In this document: one piece after another, positions 11,778-25,688 of the stretch | How the letters are laid out: the number at the start of each line of letters is the position of its first letter | Position numbering within the stretch: position 1 is the stretch's first letter | From: Mobula hypostoma | Lineage: Eukaryota | Assembly (NCBI RefSeq): GCF_963921235.1 | Contig: NC_086097.1 | Location: 216,568,001 to 216,632,000 of the forward strand | Direction of reading: 5' to 3' | DNA length: 64,000 bases | Notes under the pieces: model-generated | Seen by the model: only the letters and a program-made list of their open reading frames with translations | Told to the model about the DNA's origin: nothing | The model's database searches: none | Translations under genes and position numbers: made by a program

Positions 11778-13651
11778 AACTGACTTATTTTATTTGAATT
11801 TCAAACTTCCTGCTTTTTACATGTATTTCTTCAAAATATAAATGACTGATATTTTTCCCTCTCATTTGTCATTTTGCTAGTTGAATTCTTTCACACCTAT
11901 ACAATCAGCGATCAGAAGCGTGAGAAGACGTAGCTCACTCAGGTTCGCCGATTGGGTATATAAGGCATTGATGCACGGCAGTTTGGATTGATTGGCAAGA
12001 ACAAATTAAAATATGGCAGGGGCAAACAGAGTGGCCATTAGAGCGGACAGTGGTTATTTGAGGCTTCAGCTCTGAAGTTTCAGCAAGGGGAGGTTTGAAT
12101 GAAAGAAAGCAAAAAAGCTGTAGATAGATCTTCCTCCCCGCCCCCCACCAGTTTATTTATTGTTTTCCTTCTTTACATTTGCAAGTTATATCAGTGGGGA
12201 TACCAATAACATAGTGATGAGGTTCTGCAAAGTGAGTTCAGGGACTTGGGTGCTATGTTATAGAACAGGAATTCCAGGGTTCTGATCTCAGGATTGCTAC
12301 CTGTGCCACGTGCTAGTGAGGCCAGAAATAGGAAGATCATACAGTATATGTGGCTGGGGGGTTGGTGTAGGAGGGAGGGCATCAGGTTTTTGGATCATTG
12401 CGCTCTCTTCCAGGGAATGTGGGACCTGTACAGAAGAGATGGTTTGCACCTAAATTGGTGTGGGACTAATATCCTAAAAGGAAGATTTGCTAATGCTGCA
12501 TGGTGGGGTTTAAACTAGAGTTGTAGGGGAGTGGGAACCAGAGTGTCAGAATAGATAGTAAAGAAGATGTGGAGACAGATGTTGTTAAAACCTCAGATGA
12601 ATTCAAGAATCAAAGGTTGAGCACGGTGAAAATGTCACAGCAGTGCTCAGTCAGGACAGACTGGACAACTCGTCTAGTGAGGCTTTATGGGTGGAACTGA
12701 GGAATAAGAGAGGTATGACCACGTTAATGAGGTTTTATTATAGACCACCCAACAGTCTGTGTGATTTAGAGGAAGAAATTTGTAGAGAGGTTACAGACTG
12801 TTGCAAGAAACATAAGGTTATTATACAAGAGGGGAGAAGATGAAATGAGGGCAGACTAGCCAATAATATAAAGCAGGATACCAAAGGCTTTTTCAGTTAT
12901 ATAAAGAGTAAAAGGGAGACAAGAGTTGATATTGGACCACCGGAAAATGATGCTGGTGAGGTAGTAATAGGGGATGAAGAAATGGCAGATGAATTTAATG
13001 GGTACTTGCATCTGTCTTCACTGTGGAAGACACTAGCAGTGTGCCAGAGGTCAGTGAGTGTCAGCGAGCAGGAGTAAGAACCATTGCTATTATAAAGGAA
13101 AAAAGTGCTGGGCAAACTCAAAGGTATTAATGTGGATAAGTCACCTGGGCCGAATGGACAACATCCCAGAGTCCTGAGAGAGGTTGTTGAAGAGATAACG
13201 GGTGCACTGGTCATTATCTTTTAAGAATCACTTGATTCTGGCATGGTCCCGGAGGACTGGAAGATTGCAAATATCACTCCACTCTTTAAGAAGGGAGGAA
13301 GGCAAAAGAAAAGAAATTATAGGCCAGTTAGCCTAACCTCAGTGGTTGGGAAAGTGTTAGAATCTATTATAAAGGATGAGGTTTCGAGGTACTTGGGGAC
13401 TAATGATAAAATAAGTCAAAGTCAGCATGGTTTCTCTGAAGGGAAATCTTGCCCAACAATTCCATTAGAGTTCTTTGAGGAAGTAACAAGCACGGTGGAC
13501 AAAGAAGAGACAGTGGATGTAGTTACTTGGATTTTCAGAAGGCATTTGATAAGGTACCACACACGAGGCTGCTTAACAAGATAAAATCCTGTGGTATTAT
13601 AGGAAATATATTGGCATGGATAGAGGAATGACTGACAGGCAGGAAGCAGTG

Positions 13652-14224
13652 CAAGAACTTTTGCTACTTAGGAAGCTGGATGACATCAGATGGCAGGTGC
13701 GACTTGGACATCAAAAGAAGAATAGGGATGGCAAAAGACACCTTTACGAGAATGAAAAGTATACTGACAATACTAAACTAGGCATGACAATCCACCTCAG
13801 AGTACTGAAATGTTATGTTTATCCAGTTATGTTATATGGCTCAGAACGTTGGACAATATCTAGTAACATGAGGAAACAAATTGTAGCAGCAGAGATGTGG
13901 TTTCTGAGGAGCATGCAAAAAATATCATGGACGAAACGAATATCTAACGAGGATGTCATGAACAGAGCAAACACAAAAAGAGAAATAATATATGAGATCA
14001 TGAAAAGGCAATGTAACTTCATTGGACATGTGATTAGGAAAGAGGAGTTAGAATGCATGGTAATTATGGGAAAGATTGAAGGGAAGAAAGCAAGAGGAAG
14101 ACAAAGACAAATGATGATGGAGACAGCAGCCAGAGAATGGAAATGAATACCAATGAATTGATCCACTTGACCCAAAACAAGTGTGTGGGTCATGGCAGTC
14201 AAAGCTCAAATTGGGCATGGCACC

Positions 14225-14255
<31 letters not shown>

Positions 14256-14258
14256 AAT
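13652..14258 (+). mobile_element. RTE-clade LINE 3' fragment with (GAT)n tail, nested in CR1
   Basis: ORF 13616..14146 includes LYGSExW, EMWFLR.M.KISW, FIGHVIR and GKIEGKKARGR motifs, followed by (TGA)n. Confidence 0.85.
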
Positions 14259-14359
14259 GAGTGCATAACAGGCCTTTTCTGGTTGGCTGCCAGTGACTAG
14301 TGGTGTTCCTCAAGGGTCAGTATTGGGACTGTTGCTTTTCACATTGTTTGTCAATGATT

Positions 14360-14593
14360 GGATTAGATTAGATTACATTCAACTTTATTGTCATTGTGCC
14401 AAGTACAGATACAAAGCCAATGAAATGCAGTTAGCATCTAACCAGAAATGCAAAGAATAGTGTTATTTACAAAATAACCGCGAATAAAAAGTAAGTGCTA
14501 CAGCACACAAATATAAAAGTACTGAGACAGTACAATATGGGTGCAATACTGCTTAGCGCTGTGATGTGAGGTTCAGCAGGGTCACATCCTTAT
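14360..14593 (-). mobile_element. Short LINE (Rex1-like) 3' end with (TCTAA)n tail
   Basis: AATAAA followed by the tail on the minus strand. TSD tcaatgatt at 14351-14359 and 14594-14602. Confidence 0.6.
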
Positions 14594-15479
14594 TCAATGA
14601 TTTGGATAATGGAATTGATGGCATTATGGCAAAGTTTTCTGATGATACAAAGAAAGGTGGAGGGGTAGGCAGTGCTAAGGAAGCAATGTGATTGCAGCAG
14701 GATTTAAACAAATTGGAAGAATGGGCAATAAAGTGCCATATGGAAGATAGTGTTGGGAAATGTATCAAACATCAGAAGTGCAGAGGGACCTCCTCGTGCA
14801 AGACTCCCAGAAGATTAATTTACAGCTTGAGTCTGTGGTAAGAAGACAAAGCAATGTTGGCATTTATTTCAAGGGGAATAGAATACAAAAGCAAGGAGAT
14901 AATGCTGAGCCTTTACAATACACTAGTCAAGCAGCATTTAGAGCATTGTCAACAGTTTTAGGCCGCATATCTCAGAAAGGATATGTTGTCATTGGAGGGA
15001 GTCCAGAGGAGGTTCACAAGGGTGAATCTGGGAATGAAGGGGTGAACATACAAGGAGAGTTTGGCAGCTTTGGGCTGTACTCACTAGAATTTAGAAGAAT
15101 GTAGAGGGATCTCACTGAAACCTACTGAATGTTGAAAGGACTAGATAGGGTGGATGTTTCCTATTGTAGGGGTATCCAGAACTAAAGGACGGCCTCAAAC
15201 TTAAGGGGTGACCCTTAAGAACAGAGGTAAGGAGGAATTTCTTTTAGCCAGGGAGTAGTAAATCTGTGGAATGCTCTGCCACAGACTGCAGAGGAAGCCA
15301 AGACCGTGCGTATATTTAACGCGGAAGCTAATAGTCTCCTGATCTGTTAGGGCATCAAAGGATATGGCAAGAAGGCAGGTGTATGGGGTTGAATGGGATC
15401 CGGGATCAGCCATGATGGAATGGCAGAGCAGATTCAATGGGCTGAATAGCTAATTCTGCTCCTATAGCTTATGGTCTAA

Positions 15480-18460
15480 GGCAATTTTAACTTTCCACAT
15501 TCACCAGGACTCTCATACTGTAAAAGGACTAGATCAGATAGAGTTTGTCAAATGTGTTCAGGAAAGATTCCTTAATCGGTACATAGAAGTGCCACTGAGA
15601 GAGTGTGCAATACTTGATCTGCTATTAGGGAATGTGACAAGGCGGATGACAGAAGTTCGTGTACAGGAACACTGCATCAAGTGATCAAAATGCCATTAGT
15701 TCCAACATAAATAAGGAAAGATAGGTCTGGTCCGCGGGTTTAGATTGTTAGTTGGAGAAAGGACAACCCTGTTGGTATCGGAAAGGATCTGGCAAGTGTG
15801 GATTGGGACAGATTGTTTTCCTGCAAAAAGTATACTTGGCAAGTGGCAGTCCTTCTAAAGTGAAATTTTGAGAGTACAAAGCTTGTATGTGTCTGTGAGA
15901 ATAAAACACAAAAGGTGACAGGTCTAGGGAACCTTGGTTTCGAGAGTTATTGAGGACCTGGTTTAAGAAAAAAAAAGAGGTGCATAGCAGATATAGGCAG
16001 GTAGGAACAAATTAGGTACTTACGGAGTACGAGAAAGAAATCAAGACGGCTAAAAGGCATGAGGTTACCCGAGCAGACAAGATGAAAACGAATCCCAAGG
16101 GATTCTACAGATCTGTTAAGAGCGAAAGGATTGCAAGAGACAAAATTGATCCCCTAGAAGATCAGAATCGTAATCCATGTGTGGAGCCAAAAGATATGGC
16201 AGGTGGGGAGATCTTAAATAGATTTCTGCATCTGTATTTACTCAGGAGGTGGACACAGAGTCGATAGAAGTGAGGCAAAGCATCAGTGAGGTCAAGGACC
16301 CTTACAGAGGAGGAGATGTTCCTTCAGACCTTATGGGAGGTATGTACAGAAATTGCAGGGGCCATAGCTGCGATATTTAAATCATCCTTAACACCAGGTG
16401 AGGTACCGGAGGATTGGAGGATAGCTAATGTTCCGCTGTTTAAGAAAGGTTCTAAAAATAAACCAAGAAATTATAGTCTGGTGAGCCTGACATCAGTAGT
16501 GAGAAAGTTACTGAAAGGTAATCTAAGGGACCAGATATACAAATATTTGGATAGACATGGACTCATTAGGGATAGTTAACATGGCTTTGTGTGTGTAGGT
16601 CATGTATAACCAATCTTAAAGCTTTTTGAGGAAGTTACCAGGAAAGTTGATGAAGGGAAGGCAATGGATGTTGTGTTCATGGACTACAGCAAAGTATTTG
16701 ACAAGGTCCCACATGAGGTTGGTCAAGAAAATTTAGTTGGTCGGCATTCAAGATGCATTAGTAAATTGGATTAGACATTGGCTTTGTGGCAGAAGCCAGA
16801 GTGTGGTTGTAGATGGCTGCCTCTCTGACTGGAGGCCTTTGACTAGTGGAGTGCTGCAGGGATTGGTATTGGGTCTGTTGTTTTTTTGTAATCTATATCA
16901 ATGATCTGGATGATAATGTGGTTACCTGGATCAGCAAATTTGCGGGTAGCACTAAGACTGGGCTGGAGTGGACAGTGAGGAAGACTATCAGAGCTTGCAG
17001 TGGAATCTGGACCAGCTGGAAAATTGGGCTAAAAACTGTCAGATGGAATTTAATGCAGACATGTGTGTGGTATTGCACTTAGGTAGGACCAACCAGGGTA
17101 GGTCTTACACAGTAAAAGGCAGGGCATTTGGGAGTGCAGCGGAACAAAGGGATCTGGAAAAACAGCTCTATAATTCATTGAAAGTGGCAGCACAAGCAGA
17201 TAGGGTCGTAAAGAAAGCTTTTGTCACATTGGCCTTCGTAAATCAAAGTATTGAGTATGGGAGATGGGATATTATGTTGAAGTTGTACAAGACGCTGGTG
17301 AGGCCTAATTTGGAGTATTATGTGCAGTTTCGGTCACCTAACTACAGGAAAAATGTAAATAAGGTTGAAAGAGCACAGAGAAAATTGACGAGAATGTTGC
17401 TTTAACAGACATCCCACCCTGCAAAAACTCATTTCAGGGAGGTAGCACCACAATTTGCGGGAGACTTCCGAGAGAGGTGGGATGTCTGCAATAGAGTAGC
17501 TCCTTAGCAGCCAGCCAGCTAGTTTAAATAACGTTAGCTATGCTAATGAACGAATGACACCTGTTAAACTCACCTCAACATGTCTTTTACATTTTAACCC
17601 ACCATGGGCAATAGAAAAGTCACTGTTACAAACAGTGCAGCGAGCAACACCATCATTATTTTGACCCCTATTAGACAGGGGTACACTTTAGTGTAGTCTG
17701 AGGTGACGTACATTTTATATTTTTTTTGGAACACTCTGCCATGGCGCGCGCTCTCTCGTGGTCGCTCACACGCTGTCAAGCTCTCTCGCTTGCTTTCTCT
17801 CTCTCTCGCTCGCTTTCTCTCTCGCTTTCGCTCTCGCTCACTCTCGCTCTCGCTTGCTTTCTCTCTCTCTCTCTCGTGGTCGCTCTCGCACTCTCTCTTG
17901 CTTTCTCTCGCTCGCTCTCAAAAAAATTGATTTCCGTGATATTGTATACAATTTGCGGGCATCAGGGAGCCACTATTAATATGTGGGAGACTCCCGGAAC
18001 TTCCGGGAGAGGTGGGATGTCTGCTTTAATTATAAGGGAAGACTAAATAGGTTAGAATTTTATTTTTTGGAAAATAGAAGATTGAGGGGAGATTTGCTTG
18101 GGATATACAAAATTATGAGGGGTATAGACAGAGTAAATGCAAGTAGGCTTTTCCCACTGAAGTTGGGTGGCACTACAACTATAGGTTATAGGTTAAGGGT
18201 GAAAGGTGTAAAGTTTAAGGGGAACGAGGGGAAGTTTCACTCAGAAGGTCGTGAGAGTGTGGAACAAACTGCCAGTGCAAGTCTGCATGCAAGCTCGATT
18301 TCAACATTTAAGAGAAGTTTGGATAGGTACAGGGATGGTAGGGGTATGGAGGGCTATGGTCTGGGTGCAGGTTGATGGGAATAGGCACTTTAAATGGTTC
18401 AGCACAGACTGGATGGGCCAAGGGGCCTGTTTGTGTGCTGTACTTTTCTGTGACTCTATG
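15480..18460 (+). mobile_element. Decayed CR1 LINE ORF2 to 3' end
   Basis: Fragments NPKGFYR, VPEDWRIANV, YINDLD, LVRPNLEY, RRLRGDL, and a ctctatga tail. Confidence 0.85.
17406..18023. mobile_element. Non-autonomous DNA transposon with 13-bp TIRs (CAGACATCCCACC) and 6-bp TSD CTTTAA
   Basis: TIRs at 17406 and 18011-18023. CTTTAA at 17400-17405 and 18024-18029. Internal (CTCTCG)-rich tract. Confidence 0.8.
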
Positions 18461-18484
18461 ATTGTACCTGCATAATGGCAGTAA

Positions 18485-19016
18485 ATAGAACATAGAACAG
18501 TACAGCACAGGAACAGGCTCTTTGGCCTACAACGTTGTGCCAGAAGAATTATATTAGTAATCAAATGACCAACTGAAGTAATCTCTTCTGCCTCCACAAT
18601 GTCTATATCCTTCCATTTTTCTCATGTTCATGTGCTTATTTAAATGTTTCTTCAAAGCTCCTGTTATTTCTCACCTCAGCAATGTAATCCAGGCACCTCT
18701 GTAAAATACTTGCCCTCACATCTCCTTTAATTTACCCCTCTCACCTTAAACACATGCCCTCTGCATTATAAAATTGAACCCTAGGAAAAAGATACTGTCT
18801 GTTTACTCTATCTATGCCTCTCAATCTTATAAACCTCGATCAGATCTCCCCTCAGTCTCTGCCGTTCCAGAGTAAGCAACCCGGGTTTGTCCAACCTCTC
18901 ATTATAGCACATGCCCACTGATCTATATAGTATCCTGGTAAACCCCTTCTGCACCCTCTCCAAAGCCTGAACATCCTTACTATAATGGAGCAAGCAGAAC
19001 TGTACGCAATACTCCA
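18485..19016 (-). mobile_element. CR1 3' fragment
   Basis: ORF 18808..18993 (LERVQKGFTR..RLRGDLIEVYK) and a (catagaa) tail. Confidence 0.8.
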
Positions 19017-19075
19017 GTAGTTACATATAACAGAAGACAATTGTTTTGTATTTTATTGAAACTTATATCACTCAC

Positions 19076-19156
19076 CTATTTGAATATTGGCTACAGTTTC
19101 TGTGCGGCGATCACATAGCTGACTTATATCTAGCTTATTCCTCCTTTCGATGTCCC
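19076..19156 (-). CDS. PDE7A: PDE7A-like exon: (G)DIERRNKLDISQLCDRRTETVANIQI(G)
   Basis: Contains the invariant substrate-binding Gln (IQIG). Acceptor atag, donor gtgagt, 81 bp, phase 1 to 1. Confidence 0.93.
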
Positions 19157-19911
19157 CTATGTAAGGAAAAATGACCAATAAATCAACAAATTATTTCAAT
19201 TGTTTCTGTAGTACAGAATTGCATAAGTTACCTCCTTTTCACTGCAATATTTTACTATTTTCATTATATACAAACTTCCCCTACAATATACAGAAGTATT
19301 AAGTTGCTTCATCTTTTCTTAGTCATGAAAATATAAAATACATTAAATTATAACTTCTGAGCAAAGAAGGAACAGGAAATGAAGGTATGGTTTGTTGGTA
19401 TTGAAAGTTATTTGCATATCTAAAATGACATAACTACAGAACACCTAATTCTTCAAGGCAATATCCAGATTAATTTTTGCCAGGATCATCCAAAAAGACA
19501 ATTTTTGTTTTAAAAAACAGCTGCATTTTTTCTATTGTCTGGGTTTCAAATTAACATAACTTACAATGAAGCTCTGATCTATTTTTCATTATAAACAAAA
19601 CAGTGCATTAACTTTACTGGTTACTGCCCGACTTAATTTGAATTTTGAGTGGTATAGCTGTTAGCCAAACTCCTCTTCCTTATTGTTTTCAGTTAAGCAA
19701 AAATTTTAAATCACCAATTATATGATTTTAACTTATTCACTACATCTCATAACACTCAATTTGCCAAAAAGCTAAGATACCCCTATAGCCTTTCCTTGCT
19801 CTGTATTAATTAGATGGAACTTGTCTTTATGTTTCAAAAACCTATATTCTTGAGTGGGGGTAAAGAGTTTAGTTAATATTGCTGCAAATTGAGCCAATGC
19901 ACTCAATATAC

Positions 19912-20008
19912 CTTGATGGAAGAATTCTTGGGATACTTTTTCACTCCACTGCTTACTCAGTTCCCAAGGCCGGCATGGGTTACTGATATCTGCACACTTC
20001 AGAGCTAT
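19912..20008 (-). CDS. PDE7A: PDE7A-like exon: [32 protein letters not shown](G)
   Basis: KCADxxNP motif. Acceptor acag, donor gtatat, 97 bp, phase 0 to 1. Lies within ORF 19772..20023. Confidence 0.95.
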
Positions 20009-20639
20009 CTGTAAGAAGAACACAGTTTACTTACTTAAGCAGTCGAGTTTGTTTTTAAATCTTTGTTGCGTCCATTAGCTTACTGCTATCACGACTTGTT
20101 TTTTTACAATTCCTATTAATTCAGTTAACTACAATGGTACAGAAGCTTAGAGAGTTAATCAGTGCAACCTTTTCCAAAGGCATTAACAATGAGCCTGATG
20201 AAGATTTCAGTGGAAAACTTCACAAAGAGATTTGCAGAGTGGATTTCATCTAGGTGCTTAAATTTCCTCCACATCCAAAAGATACATTGGTATGTTAATT
20301 GGCTATGGAAAATGATCTATAGTGCAAGTTAACAATGAAAAGAACTGGGCTGGGGAAATTGTTGAAGAGCATATCTTACACAGATTAGTTTGAAGAGGTC
20401 TTCAGAAATGAAGAATAAAATGAATGGTCTTGATGGGCAAAAATGGCCTCCTGTATCCTTGCAAATGTCACTAATAAATGAAGCCCAACTTCACAACTTA
20501 ATAGTATCCATCTTGATAGTACAGGCCTACTTGACCTCAATATAGGAGCTAGTGATATGTTTGATCATTCCTGTCCATACTGATCCCCTAAACCAGCTGT
20601 CCCTTCATACTCTGTGAATGCCAAATGTGTCAGCAAATA

Positions 20640-23010
20640 CTGGCAACTGGATGAGGACCTAGTATCAGAAGGAATGAGGAATTTCTGTGATCTCTGTTTC
20701 ATGGACTCGTGGCTTACTCCAAACATGCCAGATAGGTCAGTAAAACCTGAAGGCTTCTCAATACACAGGATGGACCAAACTGCTGATGCAGAGAAGGCAA
20801 AAGGTGGAGGTGTGTTTCATGTTTAACTCTTTGTGGTACTCTGACATGGTGGTTATATCATACTCTTGTTCCCCCGACCTGGAACATCTAATGATTAAGT
20901 GCCAACCGTTCTACTTGCATAGAGAATTCTCCTCAGTGATCCTGACGGCAGTTTACATACTGTCAAAAGCCGATTGTTAATCAGGCATTTAAGATATTGA
21001 ATGCTGTCAATCACCAAACAGCCCAGCTGATGCATTTCAAATCATAGTCGGGGACTTCAATCAGACTTGTTTGAAGAAATCTGCCCCCAATCATCAGTAT
21101 ATGACCTGCAGCACCAGAGGTCACAACACACTTGACCATTGCTATACTATGATAAGGAATACCTACTGTTCCATGCCCAATTGCAGTTCAGGAAATCTGA
21201 TCACTTGGCTGTCCTCTTCCTACCTGCTAACAGGCAGTGGCTAGAGAGCAGGTCTCCAGAGGTAAGGACAACAAAAAGGTGGTTGCAGAAGTGGCTACAG
21301 GATTGCTTCAAGTCAGTGGATTGGGCCATCTTCAAGGACCCAAAGGATCTGAATGAATACACCACAGTTGTCACAGATTTTATAAAAACAGTTGTAGATG
21401 AGCGTGTCCCCACAATATCATTCAGAATCTTCCCCAACCAGAAGCCCTAAATGAACCATGAGATGTGCAATAGGTTGAGGGCCCATATCAGTGGCATGCA
21501 GTTCTGGCGACCAAGTAAGATACAAGTCTAAAGGTGCAAATTTCGGAAGGCCATCTCATATGTGAAGTGGCAGTTCCAGACCACATTTTATTACTGAAAG
21601 ATGCTTAACAGCTGCAGAAAGATTTGAATGTTATTAACTCTTAAAGTGAAACTAAAGATAGGTAAACAAAAAGATTGTGATCCCAGGTGAGCTCAATGCC
21701 CTCTATGCTCACCTTGACCATCAAAACGTGGAGGAACCTTGACAAACTCCCATAGCTCCGATGACCCTGTGAGTTCAGTCTGTGAAGTGCTATGAAAGGT
21801 TGGTGATGGAACGCATCAACTCCTGCTTGAGAAATGACTTGGATCCACTTCAATTTGCCTACCAGCACAATAGGTCTACAGCAGATGCCATTTCATTGGC
21901 TCTTCACTCGACCCAGGAACCTTACCCCATCCTTGCGCAATTGGATCCTCTATTTCCTCACTTGCAGACCCACTGAGTTCTGATCGGAAACATTCCTCCA
22001 CAATCTCCATCAGCATAGGTGCACCACAAGGTTGTGCGCTTAGCCCCCTGCTCTACTCGCTTTACACTTATGACTGTGAAGCTACGCACAGTTCCAGTGC
22101 CATATTTTAACTTGTTGACAACAGCCCTGTTGTTGGCTGAATCAAAAGAGGTGACAGATCAGCATTTAGGAGGAAGATCAAGTACCTAGCTGAGTGGTAC
22201 ACAGCAAACTCTTACTCACTGTCACCAATACCAAGGGGCTGCTTATTGACTTCAGGAAGAAACTGGAGGTCCATGAGCCAGTCCTCAGTGGGGGAAATCA
22301 GAAGTGGAGGGGGTCAGCAACTTTAAATACCTCATTTTAGAGGATCTATTCTGGGTCCAGCACCCAGGTGCAATTACGAAGAGAGCACATCAACGTCTCT
22401 ACTGCCCTAGGAGTTTGCGAAGATTCGGTATGACATGTAAAGCTTCTACAGACTTCTATTGATGAGTGATAGAGTATACTGACCGGCTGCATCATGGCCT
22501 GGTATGGAAATATCAATGTCCATAAATGGAAAATCGTACAAAATGTAGTGCATACAGCCAAGTCCATCATATTTACTACGAAGCACTGTCACAACATCCA
22601 TCAAGGGCCCCCACCATCCAAGCCATGCTCTTCTCTTACCACTGCCAGCAGGAAGGTAGTAAAGGAGCCTCAGGACCTCCACCACTGGATTCAGAAACAG
22701 TTATTACCCCTCAACTATCAGGCTCTTGAACCAGTGAGGATAATTTCACTCGCCCCATCACTGAACTGTTCCCACAAACTATGGACTCACTTTCACGGAT
22801 TCCATTTCATGTTCTATATCTATTGCATTTTTTTGTATTTGCACAGTTTGTCGTCTTTTGCACATTGGTTATTTGTCCATCCTGTTGGATGCAGTCTTTC
22901 ATTGATAAATTTATGTTTCTTGGATATACTGTGCATGCCCGCAAGAAAATGAATCTCAAGGTTGTACATGTTGACATATGTACCTAAATAATAAAACTTA
23001 CTTTGAACTA
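20640..23010 (+). mobile_element. Decayed Rex1/Babar LINE (endonuclease, RT and 3' UTR)
   Basis: SDHLAV, FPNQKP, MKCYERLV..LDPLQFAY..NRSTADAI, GAPQGCxLSPLL motifs, and aataaa at the 3' end. Confidence 0.85.
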
Positions 23011-24319
23011 TCCTAGACCCTCCAGTATTTTTAGAAATAAAATAATACAACAAAGGGACCGTTAGCATTTAAGATATAGATAAATATATCACATTAACAG
23101 AAGAAAACCAAATGAGATATGGTAGGCATCCATGAGACAGGAGAATTGACACACACAGAAGTGAAAGGCAAGTAAAATAATGGAACAGTTAACATGGTTA
23201 ACTTAATTAAAACAGACACTGAGAAGTCTTCAAAGAACAAATGTGGATTCACTTGTGGGAGAACCTAAAACTAGGGGTCACTTTAAAAATAAAGGTTTGC
23301 CCATTTAAGAGGCAAAATTTACTCTGTCGGTATTGTGAATCTTTGAAACTTCAAAAGGCAGTGGAAGTAAGAGTCTTCACCTTTTTTTAATGGCAGAGGT
23401 TGAAAAATATTGATAAGCAAACAGAGTGAAAGAATATCGTGGTTAATAGGGAATGCAGAGGGGCGGCTACAGTTGCATCTGCCTTCACTTCGACGGCCGT
23501 GTACCCTGTGACTGCTGGCTGTCCATTGAATCCAACAATGCAGGAGAGTTTTTAAACATGGAAAAGCCATTGCAGTAGGGCTGTTCCACTCTCTCAAGCT
23601 TGGAAATCCAGGTGCAGTGGTATGACGTAGTCATCAGAACTGGGGACTTCCTTAGTCCATGACTTCTTCTGTGACTTGTAATGCCCTTTCCTCTCCATGA
23701 AGTGTTGCAGAACCGCGTCCCTGATCATTAAAACTCACTGTTGATCTCATCTATCCAGTCCACCAGAGCTGATTCCACGTACTAGGACAGGCATGTCCCC
23801 ATCTCACCAGGGTATAAGGCCCACCAGCTACCCTCACCTGGTTTAGTCTGCCTGTTGAAGTGGTGCACTGGGGTGCGGCTGCTGCAGACAGCTACTTGGA
23901 GCCACAGCTGTGATCTGAGTGTCTGATGGGGACCAAAAGGTGAGTGAGCTGCCCCAGAATGGACACAACAAGTCCCTTCACTAGAGGCGTTACCCCTCCC
24001 CGTGACACCTCATACACCCCCACCTATAGCCTCCTAATCTATATAGTCATAAAATTTCTCACATTTCCGACACTACAGAAGGAAGCCTATCGTCCATGCC
24101 CACTTTCAAACCAATCCTATCAGACACATTCTCCCACTTGCTTCCCTGTAACATATTCTCTTACACATACGCATTCATACAAACCTAAATTGCCTACTAG
24201 ATATAGTTTATCAAATGTACATCAAAACATGCAGTGAAATATGTCTTATGCGTTAACAACCAGCACAACCCAAGGATGTACTTAGGGCAGCTACACATTT
24301 CACTTACATTGGGGGGGGG

Positions 24320-24500
24320 GGAGGGAATTTACAATAGCCAATAAAACTACCAACTAATGTCATTGGCAAGGAACTACAACACCTGGGGAAACCAAAACTA
24401 TCACAAGGAGAACATGCAGACTCCACAAACGCAGTACCAGAGGTCACTGGAGCCAAGGTAACTTCAATACCTGCAGCAAAACTGTGCCTCCACAGCAGCC
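24320..24500 (-). mobile_element. V-SINE/HE1-like SINE remnant
   Basis: Minus strand reads gtttgtggagtctgcatgttctcc..ggtttcccc aggtg..., resembling the V-SINE core as I recall it. Confidence 0.45.
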
Positions 24501-25543
24501 AAATATCCCTATGGCAGAGCACATAACCAAATAGCACAGAAGACAGAGGCACACAATTAGAAAAGAGAAAAACAAAAGGAAAAGGTGTCATGTACACAAA
24601 GGGAGTGGAATAAAATAAAAATGAGTAAAAGAGAATGAATGATAGCACTGTGAACAGTTTGAATACTGATTCACTAATATTGAAAATTCCCAAGATGTTA
24701 ATTTAAAATATCTGAGAAACCTCTTGAACTACAACCAGAGGCATGGAAAGGAATTTTGCTTGAGTCAAATAGAGAAGTTACCAAGTTAAAAAGCTGAGGA
24801 TCTGCACAATTTCAGAACGAGACATTTAGAACGGGACTGAGAAAAGATTGCTAAATACTGAATATACCATTTACAGAATTTAGAAGGATTTGATAGATTT
24901 AATGGTTAGTTGGATTCAGCAGCTTTAATTTGAAGGACAAAAAGAATTAATTTCCAAAACACTAGCCAATATGCGTTTTTGATCAAAGTAAACTAGTAAA
25001 AGTTACTGGGTCTTTATCACATTGTTATTTTTGAATGAAGTACATCATTTGATGTTAATATTCTGAGGTTCTAAAAGACACCATATAAATAGGAATCCAA
25101 AGTTTTAATTCACAAAAGCAATACAGAAATTTCACACCTTCCATCAAGTTAGTAGCAATTGAAAAATAATGACGTGCAAAATTAATGTAGCTATATTTGT
25201 AGAGATACAAATACATCTTTCTCGGATTTTTTGTGCGTGGGGTGGGGGGATTTGAGGGTCGATATGCCTATTCTGTTTTTGTTTGTGCAGGGAGGAAGGA
25301 TTTAGGGGTTGATGATCGTGCTGCTCATCTTTTCTTTCTTGATTTCACAGCTATCTGCAGAAGAACTCAGAGTTGAATATTTTTATCATAGGTGAACTTC
25401 TGAACCTTTGATAAAAATCATGATGCAATGTGGACAATATTATTTCTGTAAAATATTAAAATAATTCTGGATTATGCCTGTAATAGATAACACAACCACA
25501 CAATAATTTAATTCTGGGAAAAATTCTGAAAACGAAAGCTCAC

Positions 25544-25688
25544 CTGCAGCATGAAATGTCGATGGCTGTCATCATCTAAGCACAAGTCACTCATGTCTAA
25601 ATGAGTTCTCAGTTGTGATAGAAACTCATTCTGGCGGCTTATGTCTGTAGCTAGAATTAGGGAACCCAGCTGGCTTTCCAGTTGATAA
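25544..25688 (-). CDS. PDE7A: PDE7A-like exon: [48 protein letters not shown]
   Basis: LILATD motif. Acceptor ttag, donor gtgag, 145 bp, phase 2 to 0. Lies within ORF 25508..25744. Confidence 0.95.

Larger units (their letters stand above)
11900..15478 (+). mobile_element. Decayed, internally deleted CR1 LINE (5' region, ORF1 esterase end, ORF2 fragments, 3' tail)
   Basis: ORF1 end ..RDGLHLN..GTNIL..GLN* (12294..12518), WVEL..YYRPPN, NYRPVSLTSV, and a ttatggtct tail. Confidence 0.85.
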
